Part shown: piece after piece, positions 15,610-25,312 of the stretch | Numbering within the stretch: the first letter of the stretch is position 1 | How the letters are laid out: each line of letters begins with the position of its first letter | NCBI GenBank assembly: GCA_044228005.1 | Contig: JBGAVR010000031.1 | Location: 1 to 38,480 of the forward strand | From: Microthrixaceae bacterium | GTDB taxonomy: Bacteria; Actinomycetota; Acidimicrobiia; Acidimicrobiales; Microtrichaceae | DNA length: 38,480 nt | Reading direction: 5' to 3' | Notes under the pieces: model-generated | What the model saw: only the letters and a program-made list of their open reading frames with translations | Told to the model about the DNA's origin: nothing | Database searches by the model: none | Position numbers and translations under genes: made by a program

Positions 15610-17781
15610 TTGGTCATGAAGTACTCACTGATATTCGTTCTTACGATGGCGTTCTTGGCGATTGCGGCGATTATCGTCCTGCGTTCGCTCGTCTCCATTG
15701 GTCCCGCCGAAGTTGGCATGGTCACCAAACGGTTTTCGCTCCGAAAACTGAAGGATGACGACATCATCGCGTTCAATGGCGAGCCGGGATACCAGGCCGA
15801 CCTGCTGATGCCAGGGCTCCGATTCAAACTTTGGCCGATCTTCACCGTGAGTAAGCACCCATGGGTGCAGGTCCCAGCCGGTGAGATTGGCGTGATCATC
15901 TCTCAGGTCGGTGCACCGCTCGCAGTTGGCGCTAAGTCCGCCGTCTACAACGAGGCACTCGCCAACTTCTCAGACCTCCGTAGCTTTCTCGCGAATGGAG
16001 GGCAAAAGGGTGTTCAGCGGCCGGTGCTTCCCCCAGGCTCGATCCTTCCCCTTCATCCATCGGCCTTCATTGTGCTCACGCCCAATCGTGTGTTCGGAAT
16101 GCCAACCACCCCCGAGCTCACCAAACTGGCTGCCGCAGGCCAACTGACCCCTGAGTCGTTTGGGCTGATCGAATCCCAACTGCAAGTAACGGTCATAGCC
16201 CCTCAGGGAGATCGAGATTACGTCGGCATTGTCACGGCATTGGAAGGGCAACCGCTTGAGCAGGGCGATATTGCGAGTCGCCTCGGCGGGTACGAAGACA
16301 TCCGGATGGGAGAGATCAATGGCGCAAATGACGCGCAAATTGTTGAGCAACTGCTCGGCAGTCAAAACGGACTTCACAACAACTACCAGGACTTTCAGAA
16401 GTTCATCGATCACGGAGGCCGAATTGGCCTGCAGCATGATCCGATTCTGTACGGCGCGTACCTGCTGAACCCGTTCCTTGTTCGAGTCGAGCTTGTCCCA
16501 ATGCTGGTCGTGAATCAGGGCCAAGTTGCCGTGGTGAAGTCATTTGTGGGCCTTCCGACGATCGACACCTCCGGCGAGGAGTTCAAGTTTGGATCCATCG
16601 TTGCCCCGGGTCACCGCGGTATCTGGCGAGAGCCGCTTCGAACTGGGAAGTACCCAATCAACCCGCGTTGCTACGCAGCAGAGATCGTTCCAACCTCCAT
16701 CATCACGTTGAACTGGGCGAACGCCAACAGCCAAGCGCACTCCCTCGACGCGCACCTGTCTCCGATCGAAGCAAAGAGCCGGGAGGGTTTCGTATTCACA
16801 ATCGATCTGCAGGTGCAGATCCACGTGCCTGATACTCGTGCGCCGAAGGTGATCTCGATGGTCGGCACCATGATGAACCTTGTGAACGAGGTGCTTCAGT
16901 CCGCAGTAGGGAACCATTTCAGAAACACGCTCCAACAACTTGAAGCAATCAAGTTCATCGAAACTCGCCATGAGGTTCAGGCAGCGGCATTCACGCGAAT
17001 CACTGACTACTTGACTCAATATCAGGTCGAAACCAAGGGTGTGTATATCCAGGACGTCCAGTTCCCAAGCGACATTGTCGAGGTGTTGACGACACGAGAG
17101 ATCGCCAACCAGGAGAAGGCGACCTTCGAGGAGCAGCAGCGAGCCCAGCTTGCGAGAATCGAACTTGAGAAGACCACCGGAACCGCAGACCAGCAAGCGA
17201 ACCTTGCTGCCTCGCAGGTGGGTATCACCATTAAGCAGAACCAGGCCGAGGCTCGACGTGCTGAAGCGGCGGGCGAGGCTGGGGCAACCGTTGCACTTGG
17301 CGAGGCGGAGGCTCAGAAGCAGCGTGCCATTGCTATCGCTCAGGCAGACGCGATTCGAGCGCAAGGCATTTCCACTGCCGACTCAATGCGAGCTCAGGGT
17401 GAAGCGCAGGCCAACACCGACCGGCAGACGGGTCTCGCGAAGGCCGATGCTTCAAAGGCGCTTGGTTTGGCTCAGGCGGCAGGGTATGAGGCACAACGTC
17501 TGGCGTTGGGCGAAGCTGCCACAGCTGCGGTCAACATTGTGGACGCCATTGGTCGAGGTGATGTGAAGATCATGCCGGAGATCTTGGTCTCGGGCGGCTC
17601 TGGTGGGCCGTTCGAAGCGCTTGCCGCGGCATTGACTCGGCTCGTCCAATCCGGCGGGCTGGCATCTGTTGAAGGCCATGAGGGTGTGAAAGCAGCTGTG
17701 GCTAGCGCAACGCCGATCCCACAAGGGCCGACCCCACAAGGGCCGACCCCACAAGGGCCGACTTCTTCAGGGCCACAGTAG
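15610..17781 (+). CDS. Flotillin-like SPFH/Band-7 membrane protein with long Ala/Gln/Glu coiled-coil and PQGPT C-terminal repeat
   Basis: N-terminal TM helix, SPFH core, and an extended EA-rich coiled coil (ARRAEAAGEAGATVALGEAEAQKQRAIAIAQADAIRAQ) typical of YqiK/FloT-like flotillins. The C-terminal PQGPTPQGPTPQGPT is encoded by a 15-bp ×3 tandem repeat (17717-17761). Confidence 0.85.
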   Translation: MVMKYSLIFVLTMAFLAIAAIIVLRSLVSIGPAEVGMVTKRFSLRKLKDDDIIAFNGEPGYQADLLMPGLRFKLWPIFTVSKHPWVQVPAGEIGVIISQVGAPLAVGAKSAVYNEALANFSDLRSFLANGGQKGVQRPVLPPGSILPLHPSAFIVLTPNRVFGMPTTPELTKLAAAGQLTPESFGLIESQLQVTVIAPQGDRDYVGIVTALEGQPLEQGDIASRLGGYEDIRMGEINGANDAQIVEQLLGSQNGLHNNYQDFQKFIDHGGRIGLQHDPILYGAYLLNPFLVRVELVPMLVVNQGQVAVVKSFVGLPTIDTSGEEFKFGSIVAPGHRGIWREPLRTGKYPINPRCYAAEIVPTSIITLNWANANSQAHSLDAHLSPIEAKSREGFVFTIDLQVQIHVPDTRAPKVISMVGTMMNLVNEVLQSAVGNHFRNTLQQLEAIKFIETRHEVQAAAFTRITDYLTQYQVETKGVYIQDVQFPSDIVEVLTTREIANQEKATFEEQQRAQLARIELEKTTGTADQQANLAASQVGITIKQNQAEARRAEAAGEAGATVALGEAEAQKQRAIAIAQADAIRAQGISTADSMRAQGEAQANTDRQTGLAKADASKALGLAQAAGYEAQRLALGEAATAAVNIVDAIGRGDVKIMPEILVSGGSGGPFEALAAALTRLVQSGGLASVEGHEGVKAAVASATPIPQGPTPQGPTPQGPTSSGPQ

Positions 17782-17831
17782 GGCCACCCGGGGGCCATGA
17801 GGGGGTTCTCTCTGTCGTCTTGCTGTTTGTC

Positions 17832-19427
17832 TTAGACCGACCAGACGTTTCGCGTCTCCCGAACCTCCCCCGCGCCAGAGAACTGAAACACGCGAGTTGC
17901 CACATTCTGGATGAAGAAGCGATCGTGGCTCACCACAATGACGGCTCCTGGGAAGTGGTTGAGGGCCCGCTCCATGACCTGCATGCTGGTGATGTCCATA
18001 TGGTTGGTCGGCTCATCCAAGATGATGGTCGACGCCCCCGACAACAGACACTGCGCGAGTGCAACGCGGGCACGCTGGCCACCAGACAATGTGGAGATCC
18101 GTTGGCGGAGATCCATCTCGGAGAACTGCATGAGCGTGAGGAATCGGTTCACGCTCTTGCGAGTTGCCGTACGACTCAGGGTGTCGACTCCGGTTGCGTT
18201 CACAGCGTGAGTCACGGTATCGGTTTCATCCAAGGACTCGAGAAGGTCGTTGAAATGGATGAATCCGGGGCCTTTCGCCCAGGTGACGGTCCCTGCACTG
18301 GGCTTCTGGCGTTGCGCGATGATCTCAACCAACGTGGTCTTTCCACACCCATTCGGACCCGTTACCGCAATGCGGTCGCGCTTGTGAATGGTGAACGCGA
18401 GGTCCGAAAATAGCGCTCGCTCGCCAAAGACCTTGGAGAGGTTGTCGATCTCGCACAGGTCCTTGCGCACCACTAAGTCGCTATAGATATCGGTGATGAT
18501 CTGGTCCACTGGGCGTGGCGTTCCGCTCTTCTTGATGTTGGCGAGGCGTCGCTTGAGTGCTTGGCTCGGGTTCTTGGCCGCTTCGCGGCGGCTGGCGATG
18601 GACTCTGATTCGTAGGCTAAGAGCGCCTCTTCATGCTCGAACTGCCGCTCGATGGTCTTGAGGCGTGCTCGCCGTTTGTGGACGTAGTTGCTGAAATTTC
18701 CGTCGTAGTCGTGGAGGTGGTAGTTCTCGATTTCGGTGATCCGATTCGTGACGTTGTCGAGAAAGTGGCGGTCATGGGAAACGACGATCAATGCTCCGCC
18801 GAAGTTGTTGAACCAGCCCTCCAACCAGCTGACGCCTTCTAGGTCGAGGTAGTTGGTTGGCTCATCCATCAGCAACACATCTGGGGTCTGGATCACGATC
18901 TTGGCGAGCGCAGACCGATTTCGCCAGCCTCCCGAAAGCTGATCGGTGGGAAGGCGGCGCATGGTGTCGTCAAAGCCCAGGCGTGTCAGGACAATGTCGA
19001 TGTCGTTCTGATACGTCCATCCACCGCAGCGCTGCATGGTCTCGAACAGTTCGCCTTGGCGGTCGATGAGTCGAGCCATTTCCTTGTCATCTGGTGACTG
19101 GCCGATCTGCTCAGCGATCTCTGCGAGCTCCGCTTCGGTTTCATGTACTTCAGAAAAGAGCGCAGTAAGTTCCTCCACCACCGATGCTGTCCCGGAGAGC
19201 TCCGAGAACTGCGAGAAGTAGCCGATCTCGATACCGTCGGTGATATCGATGGTTCCGGAGTCGGGTGTGTCTCGATCCAGAATCAGCTCAAGAAGCGTCG
19301 TCTTTCCAGCGCCATTTCGGCCGATGAGTCCGACCTTGTCACCTTTGCTCAGCCGGAAGTTCGCTTCCCGAAGTACCGGGCGATCATCGAATGACTTGTT
19401 GACGCCCTTGAGGCGGATCCAGCTCAT
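17832..19427 (-). CDS. ABC-F family ATPase (tandem ABC domains, no TMD; EttA/Uup-like)
   Basis: Two Walker A motifs (GRNGAGKTT, GPNGCGKTT), two LSGG signature motifs and Walker B (LLMDEPTN, ILDEPTN). The real start is MSWIRLKGVNKSF at 19427; the track's 64-aa N-terminal extension is rejected. Confidence 0.85.
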   Translation of the reverse strand: MSWIRLKGVNKSFDDRPVLREANFRLSKGDKVGLIGRNGAGKTTLLELILDRDTPDSGTIDITDGIEIGYFSQFSELSGTASVVEELTALFSEVHETEAELAEIAEQIGQSPDDKEMARLIDRQGELFETMQRCGGWTYQNDIDIVLTRLGFDDTMRRLPTDQLSGGWRNRSALAKIVIQTPDVLLMDEPTNYLDLEGVSWLEGWFNNFGGALIVVSHDRHFLDNVTNRITEIENYHLHDYDGNFSNYVHKRRARLKTIERQFEHEEALLAYESESIASRREAAKNPSQALKRRLANIKKSGTPRPVDQIITDIYSDLVVRKDLCEIDNLSKVFGERALFSDLAFTIHKRDRIAVTGPNGCGKTTLVEIIAQRQKPSAGTVTWAKGPGFIHFNDLLESLDETDTVTHAVNATGVDTLSRTATRKSVNRFLTLMQFSEMDLRQRISTLSGGQRARVALAQCLLSGASTIILDEPTNHMDITSMQVMERALNHFPGAVIVVSHDRFFIQNVATRVFQFSGAGEVRETRNVWSV

Positions 19428-19564
19428 GGGGTCCAGTCTGTGTTGTTGGGAGCATCCGGGCCATGCCCGGAGCTTCCTCGAAGCTAGGACAGTTACGGCG
19501 AACTGTTCTGTCTTTCGCATGTGGGTCGTCGGGCGGCAGCGAGATTCTTGGTGTCTGTCGGCTG

Positions 19565-20476
19565 TTAGGCAGTGTCCGGATACAGGTCGAGCAAGCCAAA
19601 CTGTTCCATCAGCCAAGCCGCTGTGGATCGCTGATCAGGCGAGAATTGAGTTTTCCAGCGATCGGAATGTTGCCGGGGATCCTGTGCGAACCCGTTGCCA
19701 TTCCATGCGGTTTTCGAAGGCATCGTCGAACGTTCGAGGACACTCGGGTCCCAGGGTTTGCCAAGCGCCTCAAACACCTGTCGCAGATTTGGCTCCGGGT
19801 TGGCGAGCATGTCTTCGTAGCGAATGACGTGCAGCTGTTTCGAACTCATCTGGGTCCTGGGAATCATCTGCTCAACGCACCACATAATGATCTGGCGCTC
19901 GAATTGTGAACGGCGGGAGAAGATGAGATCGACGAACGGGTTGAGGTGGTCCGCGACGAGGTCAGATTGGGCAAGCAGGTCGAAGATGTCTTCAGGTCCT
20001 GCCCCCCAGTCAAGCCAGCTCAGCCGCTCGCGGGAGCCGAGGACAGAGAGCGGGTGACGCAGGATGAGAATGAGACCAACCTCAGGTTTCTGGTTTGCTA
20101 TCCAACCAAGTGTCAAGTTCATTCGAGTGCATTTGATGAGCAGTCGATCGCTTCTCGATGCCAACGATCGTGGGTCAAATCGGTCGCTGTAGGGCGTGAA
20201 CACCTGCCCTTCGAGCAACCTCGACATGGTGGTTTCAATCTCGGGACGAGCGCCCGCGGGACGGCAGTACTGGAGTCGGTGAAAGCCCCGAAATGTTTCG
20301 TGGCGGTGATGCAGTTCGAGGGGCTCAAAGCAGTAGCGGTAGCTCAAGTCGTGGTTGATGGTCTCTGCGAGCCAGGTCGTGCCACTGCGTGGAGATCCAG
20401 CGACAAGGGCAACCTCGCTCAGAGTGCCTGACATCTGGGTGATTCGCCGGGCGGTGCTGCGCGCTGAACCGAGCAT
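19565..20476 (-). CDS. Sulfotransferase family protein
   Basis: 5'-PSB motif VAGSPRSGTTWL and 3'-PB region (LILRHPLSVLGSRER) typical of PAPS-dependent sulfotransferases. Start at ATG 20476 (GAGG 13 nt upstream) or ATG 20434; the track's 20560 start is unlikely. Confidence 0.7.
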   Translation of the reverse strand: MLGSARSTARRITQMSGTLSEVALVAGSPRSGTTWLAETINHDLSYRYCFEPLELHHRHETFRGFHRLQYCRPAGARPEIETTMSRLLEGQVFTPYSDRFDPRSLASRSDRLLIKCTRMNLTLGWIANQKPEVGLILILRHPLSVLGSRERLSWLDWGAGPEDIFDLLAQSDLVADHLNPFVDLIFSRRSQFERQIIMWCVEQMIPRTQMSSKQLHVIRYEDMLANPEPNLRQVFEALGKPWDPSVLERSTMPSKTAWNGNGFAQDPRQHSDRWKTQFSPDQRSTAAWLMEQFGLLDLYPDTA

Positions 20477-20797
20477 TTGATTCTTGGCCTCAGATCCGCG
20501 AATTCTCCATTGCGGACGGGGGTCTAGTCGGGGCTCGCTCCGTCGCTCAGAAATGGCCATCGTGATTCGGAACTTTCAGCATGCTTGGAGAGCAAGGGGC
20601 AAGTGGAACGGTCAACTTTCGGGTCAAGCCTGTGGCTTCAGGATACAGGGCGTGATCGATTCCAACATTTCTTGAGTGCTCGACGTGCGCGAGAGAAAGA
20701 GATCCATCCTCAATTACCGCTCACCCTGCCGCGCGTGGGTAGTGTCGGAGTAGACGAGCGCAGCGCGCCGAAGTCTTCAAACTGAAAGAGGTCAAGC

Positions 20798-22648
20798 ATG
20801 GGGGCAACAACGACGTTGGACCGTGTAGTCATCCGATTCGCCGGGGACTCCGGCGATGGTATGCAGCTGGTCGGTGATCGATTCACTGAGCTCAGCGCGG
20901 CCTTCGGAAATGACTTGGCAACGCTGCCGAACTACCCCGCTGAGATCAGGGCGCCGGCTGGAACCCTCAACGGCGTGTCCTCGTTCCAAGTTCACATTTC
21001 TGACCACGACATTGTGACCCCAGGCGATGGCCCCAACGTTCTGGTAGCAATGAACCCCGCTGCGCTGATGGCCAATGTGGCCGACCTCAACCCGGGCTCC
21101 ACGATCATCGTGAACTCCGACGCGTTCAGCGAGCGGGACCTCGAAAAGGCGCACTGCACGACCAACCCACTAGAGGACGGTTCACTCGACGCCTTCACCG
21201 TGTATCAGGTGCCAATGACCTCCATCACTGTGGAAGCCACCAAGCCACTCGGAGTGAAGACTCGTGACGCGGAGCGTTCGAAGAACTTCTTCGCTCTTGG
21301 TCTCATCTGTTGGATGTACACCCGCCCTGTTGCCCCAGTGCTTGAGTGGGTGGAGAAGCGATTCGCGAACAAGGAGCTGGTCCGTGAGGCCAATCTCGCG
21401 GCACTCAAAGCCGGTCGCAACTTCGGAGAGACTGCGGAGCTGTTCTCCCCCTATGAGGTCAAGCCAGCGAGTCTTCCGAGCGGCACGTATCGCAACGTGA
21501 TTGGGAACACGGCAACGGCGCTTGGCCTGGTCGCAGCGGCACACAAAGCTGGATTGCCATTGCTGTATGCCTCCTATCCCATCACGCCCGCTTCGGACAT
21601 CCTTCACGAGCTGTCCAAGCTGAAGCATTTCAATGTGACCACCATGCAGGCCGAGGACGAGATCGCGGCCGCGGCAATCGCGATCGGTGGAGCCTTTGCT
21701 GGCTCACTCGCGATTACCGGTACCTCCGGGCCAGGGCTTGACCTGAAGTCTGAAGCGATTGGTCTGGCGCTCAGCCTGGAATTGCCATTGGTCATTGTGG
21801 ACGTGCAACGAGGTGGGCCATCCACGGGCTTGCCGACGAAAACGGAACAGGCCGATCTTCTTCTGGCGATGTACGGGCGACACGGCGAATCGCCGCTGCC
21901 GATTGTGGCGGCCCGGTCGCCATCGAACTGCTTTGATGCGGCCTTCGAAGCATGCAGAATCGCGTTGAAGTACCGAACGCCAGTAATCCTGCTCACTGAT
22001 GGCTATCTCGCAAACGGGGCGGAGCCGTGGCTGTTGCCAGACCCCGAAGCGCTTGCGGACATCGCCGTGCCCTTCGCTACGGAATTGAACCACACTCGCC
22101 CTGATGGCTCCCAGGAGTACTGGCCCTACCTTCGAGACCCCGAAACGCTTGCTCGCCCATGGGCAATACCTGGCACGCCGGGGCTTCAGCATCGGATTGG
22201 TGGTATCGAGAAACAGGATGGTTCTGGCAACATCAGTTATCAGCCAGCGAATCACGAGAAGATGGTGCGGCTGCGTCAGGAGAAGGTGCATCGCATCGCC
22301 AACGATACTGAGCGTGTGTGGACTGATTGCGAGGGGAGTTCAACGACCCTCGTGCTCGGATGGGGCTCCACCTGGGCCGCAATTACTGCTGGAGTTCGAC
22401 GGATCAGGATTCGCGGGCTTGAGGTTCACCAGGCGCATCTCACTCACCTCAATCCGTTCCCCGCAGACCTCGGTGAGCTCTTGAAACAGTACGAACACGT
22501 TCTGATTCCTGAGATGAACCTCGGGCAGCTCTCGAAACTGATTCGAGCTGAGTATCTTGTCGACGCCATCTCATTCACGCAGGTCAACGGGCTTCCTTTC
22601 AAGGCAGCGGACATGGAACAACGGATTATGGAGGTTCTGAACTCATGA
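20798..22648 (+). CDS. korA: 2-oxoglutarate/2-oxoacid:ferredoxin oxidoreductase subunit alpha
   Basis: N-terminal VVIRFAGDSGDGMQLVGDRFT matches KorA of actinobacteria (Rv2455c-like). 616 aa. Confidence 0.9.
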   Translation: MGATTTLDRVVIRFAGDSGDGMQLVGDRFTELSAAFGNDLATLPNYPAEIRAPAGTLNGVSSFQVHISDHDIVTPGDGPNVLVAMNPAALMANVADLNPGSTIIVNSDAFSERDLEKAHCTTNPLEDGSLDAFTVYQVPMTSITVEATKPLGVKTRDAERSKNFFALGLICWMYTRPVAPVLEWVEKRFANKELVREANLAALKAGRNFGETAELFSPYEVKPASLPSGTYRNVIGNTATALGLVAAAHKAGLPLLYASYPITPASDILHELSKLKHFNVTTMQAEDEIAAAAIAIGGAFAGSLAITGTSGPGLDLKSEAIGLALSLELPLVIVDVQRGGPSTGLPTKTEQADLLLAMYGRHGESPLPIVAARSPSNCFDAAFEACRIALKYRTPVILLTDGYLANGAEPWLLPDPEALADIAVPFATELNHTRPDGSQEYWPYLRDPETLARPWAIPGTPGLQHRIGGIEKQDGSGNISYQPANHEKMVRLRQEKVHRIANDTERVWTDCEGSSTTLVLGWGSTWAAITAGVRRIRIRGLEVHQAHLTHLNPFPADLGELLKQYEHVLIPEMNLGQLSKLIRAEYLVDAISFTQVNGLPFKAADMEQRIMEVLNS

Positions 22649-23670
22649 GCACTGCTGCTACTCCGGTTGAACTCACCCGGAAGGATTTCGAATCGGATCA
22701 AGAGGTTCGTTGGTGCCCAGGTTGTGGGGACTACGGCATCTTGGCCTCGATCCAGTTCCTCTTGCCTGAGCTTGGCGTCGAACCGCACAACACGGTCTTC
22801 ATTTCGGGCATTGGGTGTGCCGCTCGCCTGCCGTACTACATGAATACCTATGGCATGCATGGGATTCATGGACGTGCACCCGCGCTGGCGACTGGTGTGG
22901 CAATGGCGCGACCCGACCTTTCCGTGTGGGTGATCGGCGGCGACGGGGACATGTTGTCGATCGGTGGCAACCACCTGATCCACGCTCTTCGTCGAAACGT
23001 GAACCTCAACATCCTGATGTTCAACAACCAGATCTATGGCCTCACGAAGGGCCAGTACTCGCCAACTTCGGAGGTCGGCAAAGTCACGAAGTCGACTCCG
23101 TTTGGATCAGTGGACCACCCGTTCAATCCGATTTCGGTCGCCATTGGCGCGGAGGCATCGTTTGTTGCCCGAACCCATGACATGGACCGCAAGCACATGA
23201 TGGAGACCTTCCGGCGGGCCCACGCCCATCAAGGCTCCTCATTCGTTGAGGTGTTCCAAAACTGCAACGTGTTCAATGACGGGGCGTACGACCCGATCCT
23301 CAAACGCGATGTTCGGGCGGACATGCTGATCCCGCTCACTCATGGTGAACCAATTCGTTTCGGTGCGGACGGCCAACATGGTGTGGCTATCAACGAATTT
23401 GGGGAGCCATACGTCTGTGAGACCACTGAGGTTGGGGTCGCCAACCTGTTGATTCACGACGAGCATCGGCCGGATCCGACCTTGGCCTTCGCCCTCAGCC
23501 GGCTTGCGAGTTCACCGCATATGCCCACCCCGATTGGCGTGTTTCGCGATGTTGAGCGCCCCGCCTATGACGCTGAGGTTCGCGCACAGGTGAGCCACAG
23601 CATCGAACGCTCAGGCGCGGGGGATCTCAACTCGTTGATTCATTCCGGGCTTGTCTGGACCGTGGACTGA
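22645..23670 (+). CDS. korB: 2-oxoglutarate/2-oxoacid:ferredoxin oxidoreductase subunit beta (TPP-binding)
   Basis: WCPGCGDYGIL Cys motif and TPP-binding GGDGD region. ATGA overlap with korA. Confidence 0.9.
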   Translation: MSTAATPVELTRKDFESDQEVRWCPGCGDYGILASIQFLLPELGVEPHNTVFISGIGCAARLPYYMNTYGMHGIHGRAPALATGVAMARPDLSVWVIGGDGDMLSIGGNHLIHALRRNVNLNILMFNNQIYGLTKGQYSPTSEVGKVTKSTPFGSVDHPFNPISVAIGAEASFVARTHDMDRKHMMETFRRAHAHQGSSFVEVFQNCNVFNDGAYDPILKRDVRADMLIPLTHGEPIRFGADGQHGVAINEFGEPYVCETTEVGVANLLIHDEHRPDPTLAFALSRLASSPHMPTPIGVFRDVERPAYDAEVRAQVSHSIERSGAGDLNSLIHSGLVWTVD

Positions 23671-23676
23671 TAGGCC

Positions 23677-24177
23677 CTAGCTGAGGTGCGAGAGTGCTGC
23701 GTCGTAGTCAGGCTCTTGGGCGATCTCTGGAACGAGTTCTGAGTGAACCACGTTGCCGTCGCCGTCGATGACCACAACTGCGCGGGCGAGGAGTCCTTCA
23801 AGCTTGCCGTCCACCATGGTCACGCCGTAGTCCGAACCAAAAGTCGACCCTCGGAAGGTGGAACCAACTGAGACGTTCTCGATTCCTTCGGCCCCGCAGA
23901 AGCGAGCTGCAGCGAACGGCAGGTCGGCAGACACGCATACCACCTTGGTGTTGTCGAGGCCACTGGCGACCTCGTTGAAACGCCGCACGCTCGTCGCGCA
24001 CACGCCAGTGTCGATGGAGGGGAAGATGTTGAGCACCACCCGTGTGCCAGCAAGGTCAGCAGAGTTGATAGCGCTGAGATCTGATCCCACCAGTTGGAAC
24101 TGGGGTGCAGTGCTGCCAACTGCAGGCAGATTGCCTTCGGTATGAATCTCGTTTCCGCCAAGTGTGATCGACGCCAT
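23677..24177 (-). CDS. tpx: Thiol peroxidase (atypical 2-Cys peroxiredoxin Tpx)
   Basis: FPSIDTGVCATS peroxidatic Cys motif and a resolving Cys (VCVSADLPFA). 166 aa. The start ATG overlaps the stop of the upstream regulator (TAATG). Confidence 0.9.
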   Translation of the reverse strand: MASITLGGNEIHTEGNLPAVGSTAPQFQLVGSDLSAINSADLAGTRVVLNIFPSIDTGVCATSVRRFNEVASGLDNTKVVCVSADLPFAAARFCGAEGIENVSVGSTFRGSTFGSDYGVTMVDGKLEGLLARAVVVIDGDGNVVHSELVPEIAQEPDYDAALSHLS

Positions 24178-24755
24178 TAGTTCTCCTCATCGCTTGAATA
24201 CTCGTCCGCACCGTAGCAGTCGCGATCAGTCTCGGGAGTGCCCCCTGAGTGCAGCGCAGCGATTTGCCGCCCTGCCTCAGCCATCTTCTCGCGGATCGAG
24301 AGCGGCAGAAGTACCTCGACCTCTGGGCCAAGGGCGAGGAGTTGGCGCACAGCGCTCTCAACGGAGCCGAAACGGAACGAGCCAATGACTCGCCCCTCCG
24401 AATGCTGATGTTCCGCGTCTGTGGGCCGCGGACGCCAACCATGTGGCACACCCGCAGCGATGGCGTACTGCAGCGCCTCTGGGGACAGCATCACTCGAAC
24501 CCGAAAGAGCTGACCACCTCCCGTGGTTCCAGCGAGCTGTGGCATTGGCGACGATGGTCGGTAGGTGTCGAGAATCTGAAAACCGCCGCCGGGTCCTCGA
24601 GTTGCGTAGACGGGGATGCCTGAGCCGCTGAGAACCTCGATATCGCGCAGCACGGTTCGTTCAGAAACCTCCAGTGCTCTCGCGAGTTCAGCCGCCGTGA
24701 CTCGGTCCCCGCGTTGCAGGAGTTGGAGAAGAGTCAGGAGTCGTCCAGCTCGCAC
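24177..24755 (-). CDS. DeoR/YafY-type HTH transcriptional regulator (HTH + WCX-like C-terminal region; canonical WYL domain not evident)
   Basis: RAGRLLTLLQLLQRGDRVTAAELARALEVSERTVLRDIEVL is the YafY-family HTH. Predicted GTG start at 24755 with GGAGGA 6 nt upstream. The track ORF's upstream 160 aa are judged spurious. Confidence 0.6.
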   Translation of the reverse strand: MRAGRLLTLLQLLQRGDRVTAAELARALEVSERTVLRDIEVLSGSGIPVYATRGPGGGFQILDTYRPSSPMPQLAGTTGGGQLFRVRVMLSPEALQYAIAAGVPHGWRPRPTDAEHQHSEGRVIGSFRFGSVESAVRQLLALGPEVEVLLPLSIREKMAEAGRQIAALHSGGTPETDRDCYGADEYSSDEEN

Positions 24756-24804
24756 AAGAAGTCCTCCATCGGACTCGGTGCAGGCTGCGATCAGCCCACT
24801 CGAA

Positions 24805-24831
24805 TATTCATGACACATGATGTCATGAATA
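24805..24831. promoter_or_regulatory. Palindrome TATTCATGACA-N5-TGTCATGAATA in the divergent intergenic region
   Basis: 11-bp perfect inverted arms (24805-24815 and 24821-24831). They lie between the HTH regulator start (24755, minus strand) and the ATG of the divergent small gene (24849). Confidence 0.5.
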
Positions 24832-24848
24832 GGTGGGAGGATCCCCTC

Positions 24849-25265
24849 ATGACAGATCACATTGAAGGCGCTGGCACCAAAGAAGATCCGTGGATCCTCA
24901 CTACTCCACCTGGAAGCTCCGAATTCGACGCATGGCGCGACGAGTCCGCCGACACGCCTGCCCTGATGATCAGGGTTGGCTCGACAACACTGAGCTATCA
25001 GCTGCGGTGCATTGAGGACCTCCACGCGATGCTCGTGGCGCACGGCGACTGGATGCCCCTTGGCAACGCCGATGAGCAAAAGCCAGCGAAACCCGACACC
25101 GTGGAAGCATGGGGGCGTGCCGCCGACAACCCAGTGGGCGGGTGGTATGGACTCCGCAAAGGATATCGGGGGCGCTTTGGCAACTACGTGCCTCCGGTGC
25201 TTGAGCATTTGGGTCTCGCTGAGGTCGAGCACAATGCTCGAAACAACAGAATGCGCGCACTGTAG
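24849..25265 (+). CDS. Conserved hypothetical protein (138 aa)
   Basis: ATG at 24849 with GGGAGG upstream. The protein-like composition with GWYGLRKGYRGRFGNYVPPVLEHLGLAEV looks like a conserved small-protein family that I cannot name. The upstream part of the track ORF is rejected. Confidence 0.55.
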   Translation: MTDHIEGAGTKEDPWILTTPPGSSEFDAWRDESADTPALMIRVGSTTLSYQLRCIEDLHAMLVAHGDWMPLGNADEQKPAKPDTVEAWGRAADNPVGGWYGLRKGYRGRFGNYVPPVLEHLGLAEVEHNARNNRMRAL

Positions 25266-25312
25266 GGAACAGCGATTTTTGCGATCGAATCGGACATTCG
25301 GTCGTTATCGTT

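Noticed and set aside
17782-17831. Rho-independent terminator between the convergent flotillin and ABC-F genes
   Set aside because: The GC-rich stretch (GGGCCACCCGGGGGCC) lacks a clean complementary stem and a T-tract. I could not support a hairpin by hand.
19428-19616. 64-aa N-terminal extension of the ABC-F ORF
   Set aside because: ABC-F proteins start directly with the first ABC domain (MSWIRLKGVNKSF). The extension is Arg/Cys/His-rich and would overlap the sulfotransferase 3' end.
24756-25232. N-terminal 160 aa of track ORF 24177..25232 (-)
   Set aside because: This is the antisense reading of the divergent 24849..25265 gene and intergenic DNA. The HTH domain begins right at the GTG 24755 that has a GGAGGA RBS. 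The upstream peptide is Cys/His/Arg-rich gibberish.
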